From assembly GCA_950097015.1 (NCBI GenBank), contig CATNEN010000038.1, positions 22,692,001 through 22,756,000 on the forward strand: DNA of 64,000 nucleotides, read 5' to 3'. Source of the DNA: Macrostomum hystrix. Lineage: Eukaryota; Animalia; Platyhelminthes. The notes under the pieces are model-generated. The model did no database searches and had not been told where the DNA came from. It saw only the letters and a list, made by a program, of their open reading frames with translations. Both the position numbers and the translations under genes were made by a program. The first letter of the stretch is position 1. The number at the start of each line of letters is the position of its first letter. Below are positions 35,292-46,789 of the stretch, piece after piece.

Positions 35292-36494
35292 AGTTCCCCA
35301 GTTGATTACGCAACCAATGGCGCCTCTGCTACTGGCCTGGCGTCAGAGCCGGTTGCTAAGCAACGCTCTCGCAGTCGGTCACGTTCGCCTCTATCGTCGT
35401 CTAAATCGGATGTCAATTTTAAATTAGAAGACGCAGCTTACTTTGACTCTTACCAATGTCTGGAGGTGCACGCCACAATGGTATCTGATCGTGTTAGAAC
35501 ACTGGCTTATCGATACGCACTGATGCGAGCTTATCGATTGATTTATCGTCGAATTGGCATCGATATTGGCTGCGGCAGCGGTATATTAACGCATTTCGCC
35601 TGCGATGCCGGCGCCCGAACTGTCTATGGCCTGGAGGCTGCTAAGGAGATGTGCAAAGTTGCTAGAGAATTTCTCTCAGCCAATGGGCATCTTGCTAGCG
35701 GCAGGGCTGTTGTGATTGGCTGTCGGGCCGAATCTTTAACAAAGTTACCCGGCGGAGAATTAGCTGATTTTCTCGTAAGCGAATGGATGGGCTATTGTCT
35801 GCTATACGAGAATATGCTGGCCTCTGTTCTACAGGCCAGAGATAGGTTCTTGAAGCCAGACGGTCTTATGTTTCCTAATTCTGCTCGAGTCTTTGTCGCC
35901 GGCTACAATAGACCATCTTTTGACGAAGCGGACAGTGATTCGAGCTGCAATGATTTGTCTTCGCTTGGCGCTTTGTACGCCTGCAATATGTCGCCAATAG
36001 TGTCTGCCGTGAAGTCTCAACGAAGGTCAAAGCCCAGTGTGGCTCTTGTAGAGGATACCAGCTGTTTGTTAACCAATTCTGCCAGTCTGTTTAGCTTGGA
36101 TTTGAATAAGTTGACTCTGTCCGAGTTGAATAGCGGCCTGGCTACTAGGGGCAGCTTCCAATTAGACGTGATTCAGTGCGGAAAATTGGACGCTCTCTGT
36201 CTATGGTTTGAAGTTGGCTTCCCGGGCTCCGAGACTAGTTTGAGCACGTCGCCTTACACCGACGCAACTCACTGGCAGCAGACTTTAGTTTGGCTGCCGC
36301 AGAGTTGGCCAGTTACCATAGACAATCGACTGCGCGGCAGCATCGGTTTGAAATCCAATAGCGTTAGACGGCGCGATTTGGATATTGAAGTTGAATTGCT
36401 GCCCATTGAAGTAAAGGACAACAGTCAGAACAGTTTTGAAGCTGATAATAGTGACAGCTTGCGATTCACTGTCACTTTGGATTCCAACGCTTAG
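35292..36494 (+). CDS. Type I protein arginine methyltransferase, PRMT6-like; single coding exon with no ATG after the acceptor
   Basis: YFDSY, MVSDRVRTLAYR, motif I IDIGCGSGIL, double-E loop VSEWMGYCLLYENML, RFLKPDGLMFP and THW loop STSPYTDATHWQQT. The frame opens at ttacag|AGT (35292). The PRMT6 assignment is from recalled similarity only. Confidence 0.88.
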   Translation, partial: SSPVDYATNGASATGLASEPVAKQRSRSRSRSPLSSSKSDVNFKLEDAAYFDSYQCLEVHATMVSDRVRTLAYRYALMRAYRLIYRRIGIDIGCGSGILTHFACDAGARTVYGLEAAKEMCKVAREFLSANGHLASGRAVVIGCRAESLTKLPGGELADFLVSEWMGYCLLYENMLASVLQARDRFLKPDGLMFPNSARVFVAGYNRPSFDEADSDSSCNDLSSLGALYACNMSPIVSAVKSQRRSKPSVALVEDTSCLLTNSASLFSLDLNKLTLSELNSGLATRGSFQLDVIQCGKLDALCLWFEVGFPGSETSLSTSPYTDATHWQQTLVWLPQSWPVTIDNRLRGSIGLKSNSVRRRDLDIEVELLPIEVKDNSQNSFEADNSDSLRFTVTLDSNA

Positions 36495-36789
36495 TAATGT
36501 AGGGAAATAACAAGTCTGTCTCTTACTAACTTTGTTCTACGTTACTTTTATGCCTTGATATGCATTCACGCTTTTATTACTTTGAACTAATTAAAAAAAC
36601 TATTTTATGCACGCTACTCACAGTAGATAAGTGGGGAAAGCGTTCTAATAAGCATTTGTTCTCGCATTTTTTCCGAAAAAAGTCTGTCTATTGATTTTTT
36701 AACACTTATTATTTTATTTCTTGTTAGCCAAATTTACACGCAGCTATTGCATGGCGCATCCTAAAACATTGTACAGTTAATCCATCCGC

Positions 36790-38045
36790 CCTCTCTTATC
36801 TCTCCCCTGCCTCATATATCCCGTGCCTAATCTCTCTCCTGTCTCATATCTCCCCTGTCTCATCTCTCCTGTCTCATCTCTCCCCTGTCTCATCTCTCTC
36901 CTGTCTCATCTCTCTCCTGTCTCATCTCTCCTGTCTCATCTCTCTCCTGTCTCATCTCTCTCCAGTCTCATCTCTCCTGTCTCATCTCTTCCCTGTCTCA
37001 TCTCTCTCCTGTCTCATCTCTCTCCTGTCTCATCTCTTCTGTCTCATCCCTCCCAAGTCTCATCTCTCCCCTGTCTCATCTCTCTCCTGCTCTTATATCT
37101 CCCTGTCTCATTTCTCCCTGTCTCATCTCTTCTGTCTCATCCCTCCTAAGTCTCATCTCTCTCCTGTCTCATCCCTCCCAAGTCTCATCTCTCCCCTGTC
37201 TCATCTCTCTCCTGTCTCATCTCTCTCCTGTCTCATCCCTCCCAAGTCTCATCTCTCCCCTGTCTCATCTCTCTCCTGTCTCATCTCTCTCCTGTCTCAT
37301 CTCTTCTGTCTCATCCCTCCCAAGTCTCATCTCTCCCCTGTCTCATTTCTCCCCTGTCTCATCTCTCTCCTGCTCTTATATCTCCCTGTCTCATCTCTCC
37401 TGTCTCATCTCTCCTGTCTCATCCCTCCCAAGTCTCATCCCTCCCCTGTCTCATCTCTCCTGCTCTTATATCTCCCTGTCTCATCTCTCCCCTGTCTCAT
37501 CTCTCCTGTCTCATCTCTCCCCTGTCTCATCTCTCTCCTGTCTCATCTCTCTCCTGTCTCATCTCTTCTGTCTCATCCCTCCCAAGTCTCATCTCTCCCC
37601 TGTCTCATTTCTCCCCTGTCTCATCTCTCTCCTGCTCTTATATCTCCCTGTCTCATCTCTCCTGTCTCATCCCTCCCAAGTCTCATCCCTCCCAAGTCTC
37701 ATCTCTCCCCTGTCTCATCTCTCCTGTCTCATCTCTCCCCTGTCTCATCTCTCTCCTGTCTCATCTCTCTCCTGTCTCATCTCTTCTGTCTCATCCCTCC
37801 CAAGTCTCATCTCTCCCCTGTCTCATTTCTCCCCTGTCTCATCTCTCTCCTGCTCTTATATCTCCCTGTCTCATCTCTCCTGTCTCATCTCTCCTGTCTC
37901 ATCCCTCCCAAGTCTCATCCCTCCCCTGTCTTGTCTCACAAATTTCTAATCTCTCGCCTGTCTCATATTTTCCCTGTTCTCCCTTTTCTTATCTCTTTTT
38001 TAATATATTTCTTATCTCTCTGTGTCTTACCTTTTATCTCTCCTC
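36790..38045. repeat. GAGATGAGACAGG-family minisatellite (pyrimidine strand on +) between PRMT and NARS2
   Basis: (ctgtctcatctctc)n variants. Confidence 0.95.
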
Positions 38046-38155
38046 TTTCAATACGGCCCAGTAGCTTCATTTAGGTAGGAGTATTTTCGGCCTGAATTAT
38101 ATTTTTGGTTTCCAATCTCTGCTCTAAATAAATCAAAGTAACCAAATTCTTGCAG

Positions 38156-41100
38156 CATCTCAAACCCTGTAGTTTTCGTGCCATCGTCGTGTGGCGCAAA
38201 TGTCTGAGCAGTCTCATTTGCCGAAATTACTGCTCCAATAGTCGTCGGATCTGTTTAAAAGAGATTTTCGGCCAGTCCATCGATGCTTACAATGGCAGCC
38301 CAGTCAGTCTAGTTGGCTGGGTTAGTAATTTGCGTCGTCAGAAGCGCGTCAGTTTTATTGAATTAAGCGACGGTACCACGGCGAAAACTTTGCAGGTTAG
38401 CTTTCTTAACTACTTTGAGTAGGATATAATTAGACAGTATAGAAATCAACGCTGAAAACAGAAGCACTTTAGCCAGAGCCACAGCCGCAGCTATTGCGCC
38501 GCGCATCTGAAGACTGCGTATAGCTGTTCAGTCCATGGACTAGGGCGACGCCACACCCCTTGGAGAAGGCTTGGGGGCTTGTCGTGCAATTGACACCCTT
38601 GAGGGCCAACCTCCAAGGCACAGTGAGAGTGTACACTGCTTGACGATAAGAAAGTCAGGGCAGATGTACACACCTTTGTGAGCGTGTGCCTGCGTACAGT
38701 ATCTGTGTGCGTGTGTGCTCAGGAGGCAGCAAAATGGGCAGAATTGCCTCCTCGCTGGCTGCGAGTCTAGAGTCACCAAATGATGTGCCATTGCCCACAA
38801 GTCTCCTGTAGTTATTAATACTTTCATTATTTTTTTTTTCTAGTATAGTCTAGAATCGAACTCATGACCTACAAGTCGTGAGTCCAACGCTCTAAACACT
38901 AGGCTACAACCCATAAGGCAACAGACAGATAGATGGATATACAGACATCTGTACATCTATACAGACAGGTAGATGTACGCGCAGACAGGTAGCTAGACAG
39001 CCAGTATAAACAAGTAGATATCGAGTCTCCTGTCGGATTTCCGCAGGTTGTTGTCTCGCCGTCAGACCTGTTGCCAGCCGACCTGTCCACGGACTGTTGC
39101 GTCACCGTTGCAGGCAGTTTGTCCCGCAGCGATCGGGCGGTCAACGGTATGGAGCTTCGGGCAACCGGCCTCGTACTGTCCGGCCCAGTTGATCGCACCG
39201 CCGGCGTCAGCTTTCATCAGGATCAGCGCTCGGATACCGCTCGCAGAAGGCTGCACCTGAGGCCTAGACTTGCCGCATTTCAGGCCGTCTGCAGACTACG
39301 CGGCGCGCTAAATGGCGCTTTGAGAGCCGCGCTCGATAGTAGGCACTACCTGGAGGTGAGGCAAGGGGGATTGTGAGGTTGGCAGGTTTTTACTGGTAGA
39401 TTCACATACAGGTAAATAGATTTACAGACTGGTAGATAGATTTACAGACAGGTAGATAGATTTACAGACTGGTAGATAGATTTACAGACAGGTAGATAGA
39501 TTTACAGACTGGTAGATAGATTTACAGACTGGTAGATAGATTTACAGACTGGTAGATATATTTACAGACTGGTAGATAGATTTACAGACTGGTAGATATA
39601 TTTACAGACAGGTAGATGGATTTACAGACAGGTAGATAGATTTACAGACAGGTAGATGGATTTACAGACAGGTAGATGGATTTACAGACTGGTAGATAGA
39701 TTTACAGACAGGTAGATATATTTACAGACTGGTAGATAGATTTACAGACAGGTAGATATATTTACAGACTGGTATATAGATTTACAGACTGGTAGATAGA
39801 TTTTTCAGACAGGTAGATGGATTTACAGACAGGTAGATGGATTTACAGACTGGTAGATAGATTTACAGACAGGTAGATATATTTACAGACTGGTAGATAG
39901 ATTTACAGACAAGTAGATAGATTTACAGACAGGTAGATAAATTTACAGACTGGTAGATAGATTTACAGACAGGTAGATATATTTACAGACTGGTAGATAG
40001 ATTTACAGACTGGTAGATAGATTTACAGACTGGTAGATAGATTTACAGACAGGTAGATATATTTACAGACTGGTAGATATATTTACAGACAGGTAGATGG
40101 ATTTACAGACAGGTCGATAGATTTACGGACAGGTAGATGGATTTACAGACAGGTAGATATATTTACAGACTGGTAGATAGATTTACAGACTGGTAGATGG
40201 ATTTACAGACTGGTAGATCGATTTACAGACTGGTAGATAGATTTACAGACTGGTAGATATATTTACAGACTGGTAGATAGATTTACAGACTGGTAGATAT
40301 ATTTACAGACTGGTAGATAGATTTACTGACAGGTAGATATATTTACAGACTGGTAGATAGATTTACAGACAGGTAGATCTACAGACCTTTAGATAGATGT
40401 CCACCTGCCCCCATTCCGCTCAGGTGGAAGCGCCAGTTCTAACTAGCAACGATTGCGAAGGCGCCGGTGAAACTTTTCGTCTAGCCGATTCGGAGGAATT
40501 CTTTCGCCAACCCGTCCATCTGACAGTGTCCGCCCAGTTACACTTGGAAGCTTTGGCACTAGGCCTATCCAGAGTCTATTGTCTGGGTCGAGCATTCAGA
40601 GCTGAAAAATCTCAAACTACTTATCACCTGGCTGAGTTCTCTATGCTAGAAGCTGAGTCTACCGACCTAGACTCCGTTGAAGCGTTGTGCAATCACGTCG
40701 AGTGGCTGTTAAAGACGGTCACTGGAGAGGTAAGGCGTTAGTTAGATATTAGAGACAATTTTAAGTGTGCTTTATCACCTGTCCTTGAGGTCTTTTATCC
40801 TCCGTACTTCAGGTCTTCGGATGGGTCGGTTATCCACCCGTCCTGCAAGTCTATTATCCACCTGTCCTTCAGGCTAATTATCCACCTGTCCTTCAGGCTA
40901 ATTATCCACCTGTCCTTCAGGCTAATTATCCACCTGTCCTTCAGTTCCGTTGTCCACCTGTCCTTCAGTTCCGTTGTCCACCTGTCCTTCAGTTCCATTG
41001 TCCACCTATCCTTCAGTTCCGTTGTCCGCCTGTCCTTCAGTTCCATTGTCCACCTGTCCTTCAGTTCCATTGTCCACCTGTCCTTCAGGCTAATTATCCA

Positions 41101-41971
41101 CCTGTCCTTCAGGCTAATTATCCACCTATCCTTCAGTTCCGTTGTCCACCTGTCCTTCAGTTCGATTGTCCACCTGCCCTTCAGTTCCATTGTCCACCTG
41201 TCCTTCAGTTCCATTATCCACCTGTCCTTCAGTTCCATTGTCCACCTGTCCTTCAGTTCCATTGTCCACCTGTCCTTCAGTTCCATTGTCCACCTGTCCT
41301 TCAGTTCCATTATCCACCTGTCCTTCAGGTCAATTATCTAACTGATAAGTCAGTATATTTAATTTCAGGTGCTTTCTCGCTATTCCGCCGATCTAAATCT
41401 AATCGTCAATTCAGAAAGCGTCAACCATAAATATTCTACACCTGAAACAATCAATAGCCTTCTAACTAAGCCGTTTGTTCGTCTAAAATTTGCCGAAGCT
41501 GTCAAAACATTGATAAACAGCTGCGGCATTTCCTTTGAAGTGCCGCCAACTGTCGGCATGCTTGATCTAAGGCGCGAACACGAGTTAGCTCTGGTTAAAT
41601 TGTGCGACAATGCTCCAGTATTTGTCACCGATTATCCGGCTGAATCGCGCGCATTCTACTGCGCCCAGTCTGGCCCCGGTCTGGCAGCCAGTTTCGATCT
41701 TCTATTGCCCGGCGTCGGCGAAGTTCTCGGCGCCAGCGTTCGCGAATCCGACGCCGACCGGCTGACCGGAGCGATGCGTCAACGCGGCCTGCCAGAGTCG
41801 GCCGCTGAGCGTCTCGATTGGTATCTGGAACTGCGCAGTTTCGGCTGCGCGCCACACGGCGGCTACGGCCTTGGAATGGATCGATTTATGCGATTCTTAA
41901 TTGGTAGCGGCGCAACGCCCGTCAAAGAGCTTGTGCCTTTTCCCAGGTCGTTTCAACACTGTCCAGCTTGA
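38156..41971 (+). CDS. NARS2: Mitochondrial asparaginyl-tRNA synthetase, 4 exons; no genomic ATG
   Basis: Exons 38156-38395, 39047-39355, 40424-40729 and 41369-41971, GT-AG phase 0. OB fold GWVSNLRRQKRVSFIELSDGT..LQVV, LHLRPR, PVLTSNDCEGAGETF, LTVSAQLHLE, motif 2 FRAEKSQTTYHLAEFSMLEAE and motif 3 WYLELRSFGCAPHGGYGLGMDRF. The N-terminus is basic and acid-free, resembling a mitochondrial presequence. Confidence 0.92.
38472..38912 (-). mobile_element. tRNA-derived SINE in NARS2 intron 1
   Basis: Minus-strand head tagcctagtgtttagagcgttggactcacgacttgtaggtcatgagttcgattct (A- and B-box-like). The tail 38472-38557 closely matches 31618-31700. Confidence 0.75.
39405..40385. repeat. 20-bp minisatellite (tttacagactggtagataga)n in NARS2 intron 2
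   Basis: Direct tandem units. Confidence 0.95.
40830..41335. repeat. 24-bp minisatellite (tccacctgtccttcagttccattg)n in NARS2 intron 3
   Basis: Direct tandem units. Confidence 0.93.
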
Positions 41972-42195
41972 GACTAAATATAATTTGCTTATTATTTTTC
42001 ATCGAAAATTTTATAGATATTATAGTCTTTTTGTTTATTGAAGTAATCGATTAGTAACATAAATTATTTTACTTGGTTTTGAAAGAAATTATGAAGCTAA
42101 CAAAGCTAATTCCTTCTCTGAATCACATTGGACGACAACCTTAAGTTGTCTAAAATTAGGGCTTAATGAATAATAATACTTCTATAAATATCGTA

Positions 42196-42278
42196 TGACG
42201 TCATTATATTTTTACTGTTTCTAAAAATAGCTATTGAGTCATTAACTGCGATATTTCCGAAAATAGCTAATGACGTCA
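42196..42278. promoter_or_regulatory. CRE / AP-1 / CRE palindrome cluster between NARS2 and HDAC8
   Basis: TGACGTCA 42196-42203, TGAGTCA 42235-42241 and TGACGTCA 42271-42278 within a degenerate ~38-bp triplication; function not shown. Confidence 0.35.
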
Positions 42279-42778
42279 CTTGCTGAGTTTCTTTGTATAA
42301 ATAAATAAAATGGGGCTGCGACTATTTTGCCGATTATTGTGTTACTAAAAAAGTATAAAATTTTTAAGGTATTTTTTACCTTGCTGGACAAAGTTTCATA
42401 CAATCATGTAGCTTATTCAAGTAGTTACATAAAATACTAGAACTTCTAGAAGCTAGGTCAATTCCCACCATAGGTTTTACAAAGCTTGGAGATTATCGCT
42501 TTTGATCATTTCTTCACAAATGTACTTTTAAATTTTCAACGCCTGTGCTTTAACTAAATGATTGTTACTTGCGATTGAAAAACGGCATTTTCTATATAAA
42601 ATTTTTAATTAGGAGCTGAACGACTTCTCGGCTTATTTATTACTTTCCAGTAAATTTTAACATAAGGTTTCGTATCTTACCTCTTAAAGGACACCTCAAC
42701 CTGTCAATCATACATCTTAAACAAAGGCACCAAGCATGTCCTGTGCTGAAATCTCCGCTCAATACTATATTTTTCAAG

Positions 42779-45416
42779 GCTGCCACAGTGTCGCTCCCGC
42801 CCGCTCGCGATCGCCGAGTAGCCCTCGCCTACAGTCGCCAACTGGTTGAGCTGAGCTCTCAATTACCAAAAGTGCGCGGCAGATCAATCCTTGTACATTC
42901 GCTGATTAACGCCTACAAACTGTTAGACAAGCTCACCGTACTCACTGATATTAGACCTCTGTCAGACTCAACTCTGTTGGGCTTTCATTCCGAAGCTTAT
43001 CTGTCCGCTCTCAAGCGAGTCAGCGACTCTGATTTAGAGGCCGATGAGTTAGACTCGGACTTGTTAGAGTACGGCTTCGCTTATGATTGTCCGCCTGTTC
43101 GCGGAGCCTTTGACATCGCCTCATTGGTTGCTGGCGCCACCGCCTCGGCCGCCGAAGCCCTGACCGCTGGCCAATTCGATGTGGCCATCAATTGGACCGG
43201 CGGTTGGCATCACGCTAAACGCGACGAAGCCTCCGGTTTCTGCTACATCAACGACATTGTCTACGGCGTGCTGGAATTGAAGAAACGCTTCGAACGGGTT
43301 ATGTACGTCGATTTAGACCTGCACCATGGCGATGGTGTTGAAGAAGCTTTCTATTATTCGTCTGGTATACTCACGGTGAGCAGATGCACGCAACTGTGCT
43401 CATGTGTGCTCATGTGTACTCAGGTGTACTCAGGTGTACTCAGGTGGTCAGCGTAATAGGCGGAATCGCCTCTTAGCTGGCTGCGAGTAGAAATTCGTAA
43501 TTTTTCTTCTCCTCAATTTCTTCCGGCCGTTCTTCTACCCCAAATCTTCCCTTATCTTCTACCCAAAATCTTCCCTTATCTTCTACCCCAAATCTTCCCT
43601 TATCTTCTACCCAAAATCTTCCCTTATCTTCTTCCCCAAATCTTGCCTTATCTTCTACAACAAATCTTCCCTTATCTTCTTCCCCAAATCTTACCTAATC
43701 TTCTTCCCCAAATCTTCCCTTATCTTCTTCCCCAAATCTTCCCTTATCTTCCACCTTTAATCTTTCCTGTTCTTGTACCAAATTCTTCAAATATCTCCTC
43801 TCTCAAGTCTACCCTTGATTATTCATTCCCATAAGTTTCTTCAATGTCTCAAAATTGTGGTCTTGAATTTTCCTAAAACCATTATTTTCCGCACCACTTA
43901 ACAATGTCCATTCGCCAAGGTGTCATTCCACTATCGAGCTGACGGCTTCTTCCCCGGCAGCGGCAGCGCCGACGACATCGGCTCCGGTCCGGGCCGCTAC
44001 GCCAGCGTCAACGTGCCGCTGAAGGAGGGCGTCACCGATGAACAATTCGCGGCCAGCTTTGCCACAGTTATGGAGGCCGCTCTCGAATCGTTTGATCCTG
44101 GCGCCATTGTCTGCCAGTGCGGCGCCGACGCTCTGGCTACAGATGAGTTTAAGGTCAGCGACTTTTGAGTTGTGTTTTTGATATTCCGTTTGCTTTTTAA
44201 TAATATTTTTGTGCTTAGATAATCATTTAGCTTCTTGAAGATAATCCGATAAGTTTCTTAGATAGTCCGATAAGTTTCTTCGATAATCCGATAAGTTTCT
44301 TAGAGAATCCGTAAAGTTTCTTAGAGAATCCGATAAGTTTCTTAGAGAATCCGATAAGTTTCTTAGAGAATCCGTTAAGTTTCTTAGATAATCTGTTAAG
44401 TTTCTTAGATAATCCGATTCTTAGATAATCCAATACGTTTCTTAAATAATCCGATTCTTAGATAATCCGATAAGTTTCTTAGATAGTCCGATAAGTTTCT
44501 TCGATAATCCTTAGAGAATCCGTAAAGTTTCTTAGATAATCCGATAAGTTTCTTAGAGAATCCGATAAGTTTCTTAGAGAATCCGTAAAGTTTCTTAGAG
44601 AATCCGTAAAGTTTCTTAGAGAATCCGTAAAGTTTCTTAGAGAATCCGTAAAGTTTCTTAGAGAATCCGTAAAGTTTCTTAGAGAATCCGTAAAGTTTCT
44701 TAGATAATCCGATAAGTTTCTTAGAGAATCCGATAAGTTTCTTAGATAATCCGATTCTTAGATAATCCAATACGTTTCTTAAATAATCCGATTCTTAGAT
44801 AATCCGATAAGTTTTTTTTCTTAGATAATGAGTTGCATTTCGTTATATATAACCGGATGATTTGTAAATGATACATTTTTATCGTTTAGTTTTCATAGTT
44901 CATTAGGTTTAACAGTTGAATAATCCGATTGTCAGTTTAGTCTGTTTAGATAATCCAATTGTATGTTTAGATAATCCGTTTGTCTCTTCTTAATAATCGA
45001 ATTTTCTATTTTTACGAATCCTGCCAGTTAAAATCGTTCATAACACACATCCAATATTTCCTCACACTTAACAATGCCTCTAATCCCAGATCTTCAACCT
45101 GACGCTAACCGGCTATCTGGACTGCGTCAAGCGGCTAATCCAAAGCCGCCGTCCTCTGCTGTTGCTAGGCGGCGGTGGGTATCACTTTCCTTCCACCGCC
45201 AAGCTGTGGACAGCGCTCACAGCTCTAGCTGTGAATGTTGAACTGGACAAGGACATACCCGAGCACGATTTCTTCTCACAGTATGGCCCAGACTTCTGTC
45301 TGGATGTTACACCATCTCTTAAACGCAATCTGAACGACTCAACGGAGCTTAAACTGGTCGTCGAAGCGGTGACAGAGAATCTGAAACACCTTGGCGATGC
45401 ATTGCACCTGCGTTGA
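42779..45416 (+). CDS. HDAC8: Histone deacetylase 8 (class I), 3 exons; no in-frame genomic ATG
   Basis: Exons 42779-43375, 43920-44153 and 45090-45416. Motifs GFAYDCP, AINWTGGWHHAKRDEASGFCYIND (Trp is HDAC8-type), YVDLDLHHGDGVEEAF, GFFPGSG, VCQCGAD, LLLGGGGY and DIPEHDFFSQYGPDF. AATAAA at 45419-45424. Confidence 0.93.
43525..43765. repeat. 24-bp repeat (cttcccttatcttctaccccaaat)n in HDAC8 intron 1
   Basis: Direct tandem units. Confidence 0.9.
44235..44830. repeat. 21-bp minisatellite (tttcttagagaatccgtaaag)n in HDAC8 intron 2
   Basis: Direct tandem units. Confidence 0.93.
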
Positions 45417-45589
45417 TCAATAAATAGACATTTTCAGTTTAGTGAACTTATTGGTTCAGCTTTTTTCTACCAAGCTATCAGAGTACGATAAGAAAGATAA
45501 TGGTAATTATTACCTGTTTCACTTAATTAATAAGTTGATTCCTAGCATCAATTCGACAGGTAATAAGTTGAAGCTACTGGTTGGCTGTT

Positions 45590-45935
45590 TCCCAACAGGT
45601 GTGAAAATCGCTAATTAATGTAGGCCGCTAATGTTACCCTTCCCCAGGCAGTTTTACAACAGGTGTGAAAATCCGCTAATTAATTTAGGCTGCTACTCTG
45701 ACCGTCCCCCAGGCAGTTTTACAACAGGTGTGAAAATCCGCTAATTAATTTAGGCTGCTACTCTGACCGTCCCCCAGGCAGTTTTACAACAGGTGTGAAA
45801 ATCCGCTAATTAATTTAGGCTGCTACTCTGACCGTCCCCCAGGCGGTTTTACAACAGGTGTAAAAATCCGCTAATTAATTTAGGCTGCTACTCTGACCTC
45901 CCCAGGCAGTTTTACAACAGGTGTGAAAATCACGA
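45590..45935. repeat. 65-bp tandem repeat (~5 copies)
   Basis: gttttacaacaggtgtgaaaatcc recurs at 45651, 45716 and 45781. Confidence 0.9.
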
Positions 45936-46789
45936 ATTAGTTGTGTTTGTACTATAGTTTATTAGGGTAAAACTATTATTTAGCTTGAAGCAGCTAATTA
46001 CAACTCATTGTTATCTTTGTCTTCTGTGCATTTATTGTAATTCTTTTTATGCTATTCTTTATTTTATAAATGTAACTAATAAATCATTGTTATATGTCGT
46101 TTTCAGTATAATTGCATGTCCATTTGTCTATTTGTCTATTTGTCTATAAATAAAGCATATTTAAGAATACTTTTTTTTACCTGAATGGGCAACCGGTTAA
46201 AAGTTCATTACGGTTCAATATTATCATGTGTTGACCTAGTCAGTTTGTTAGTAACTGCATTAAATTTTTCGTCTTCACTACTCAACTAGCAGTAGCACTG
46301 TACGCTTTCGTATTCAAGAAATATACAAATGCGCCGTTAATCCCTAGTTAGGCCTAGCCAATCTGCTTCTCAGCTTAGCTGAACGGCTCGCCAATCACTT
46401 GGCTTCGAAATCATTTTCTTCTGTTTGAGTCTCTATATTAAATTATTTTATTTTTTACTGCTAGATAATAGAACAATATGTGCATTGATAAAGAATAGGT
46501 GAGATAATTGTCAACTCCAGATGTGGCGTTTTCTTATGCTAGTTTGTTTTTCTCATCGTTTCTTATCGCCTGTCTATTGGCCTCTAGAAGATCTTTGGCG
46601 GGTTTGGCTCTGAGACAATAGGATTTACCTCGTCAAACAAAGGCCTGGTTTGATTGGCACAATTTTAGAAATATCTAGGGGCCATGAAACTTCTTTTTTT
46701 GTATTTACAAACTGTCAAGCTTGTGATTAAAAAATATCCTTAAGTAGCAGCGTTTATCCCAGCAACCAAAAAATAAAATCTTCTGAATA

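Noticed and set aside
42736-42778. ATG at 42736 as the HDAC8 start
   Set aside because: Out of frame with the HDAC8 ORF and upstream of the acceptor; only an assembly indel would rescue it.
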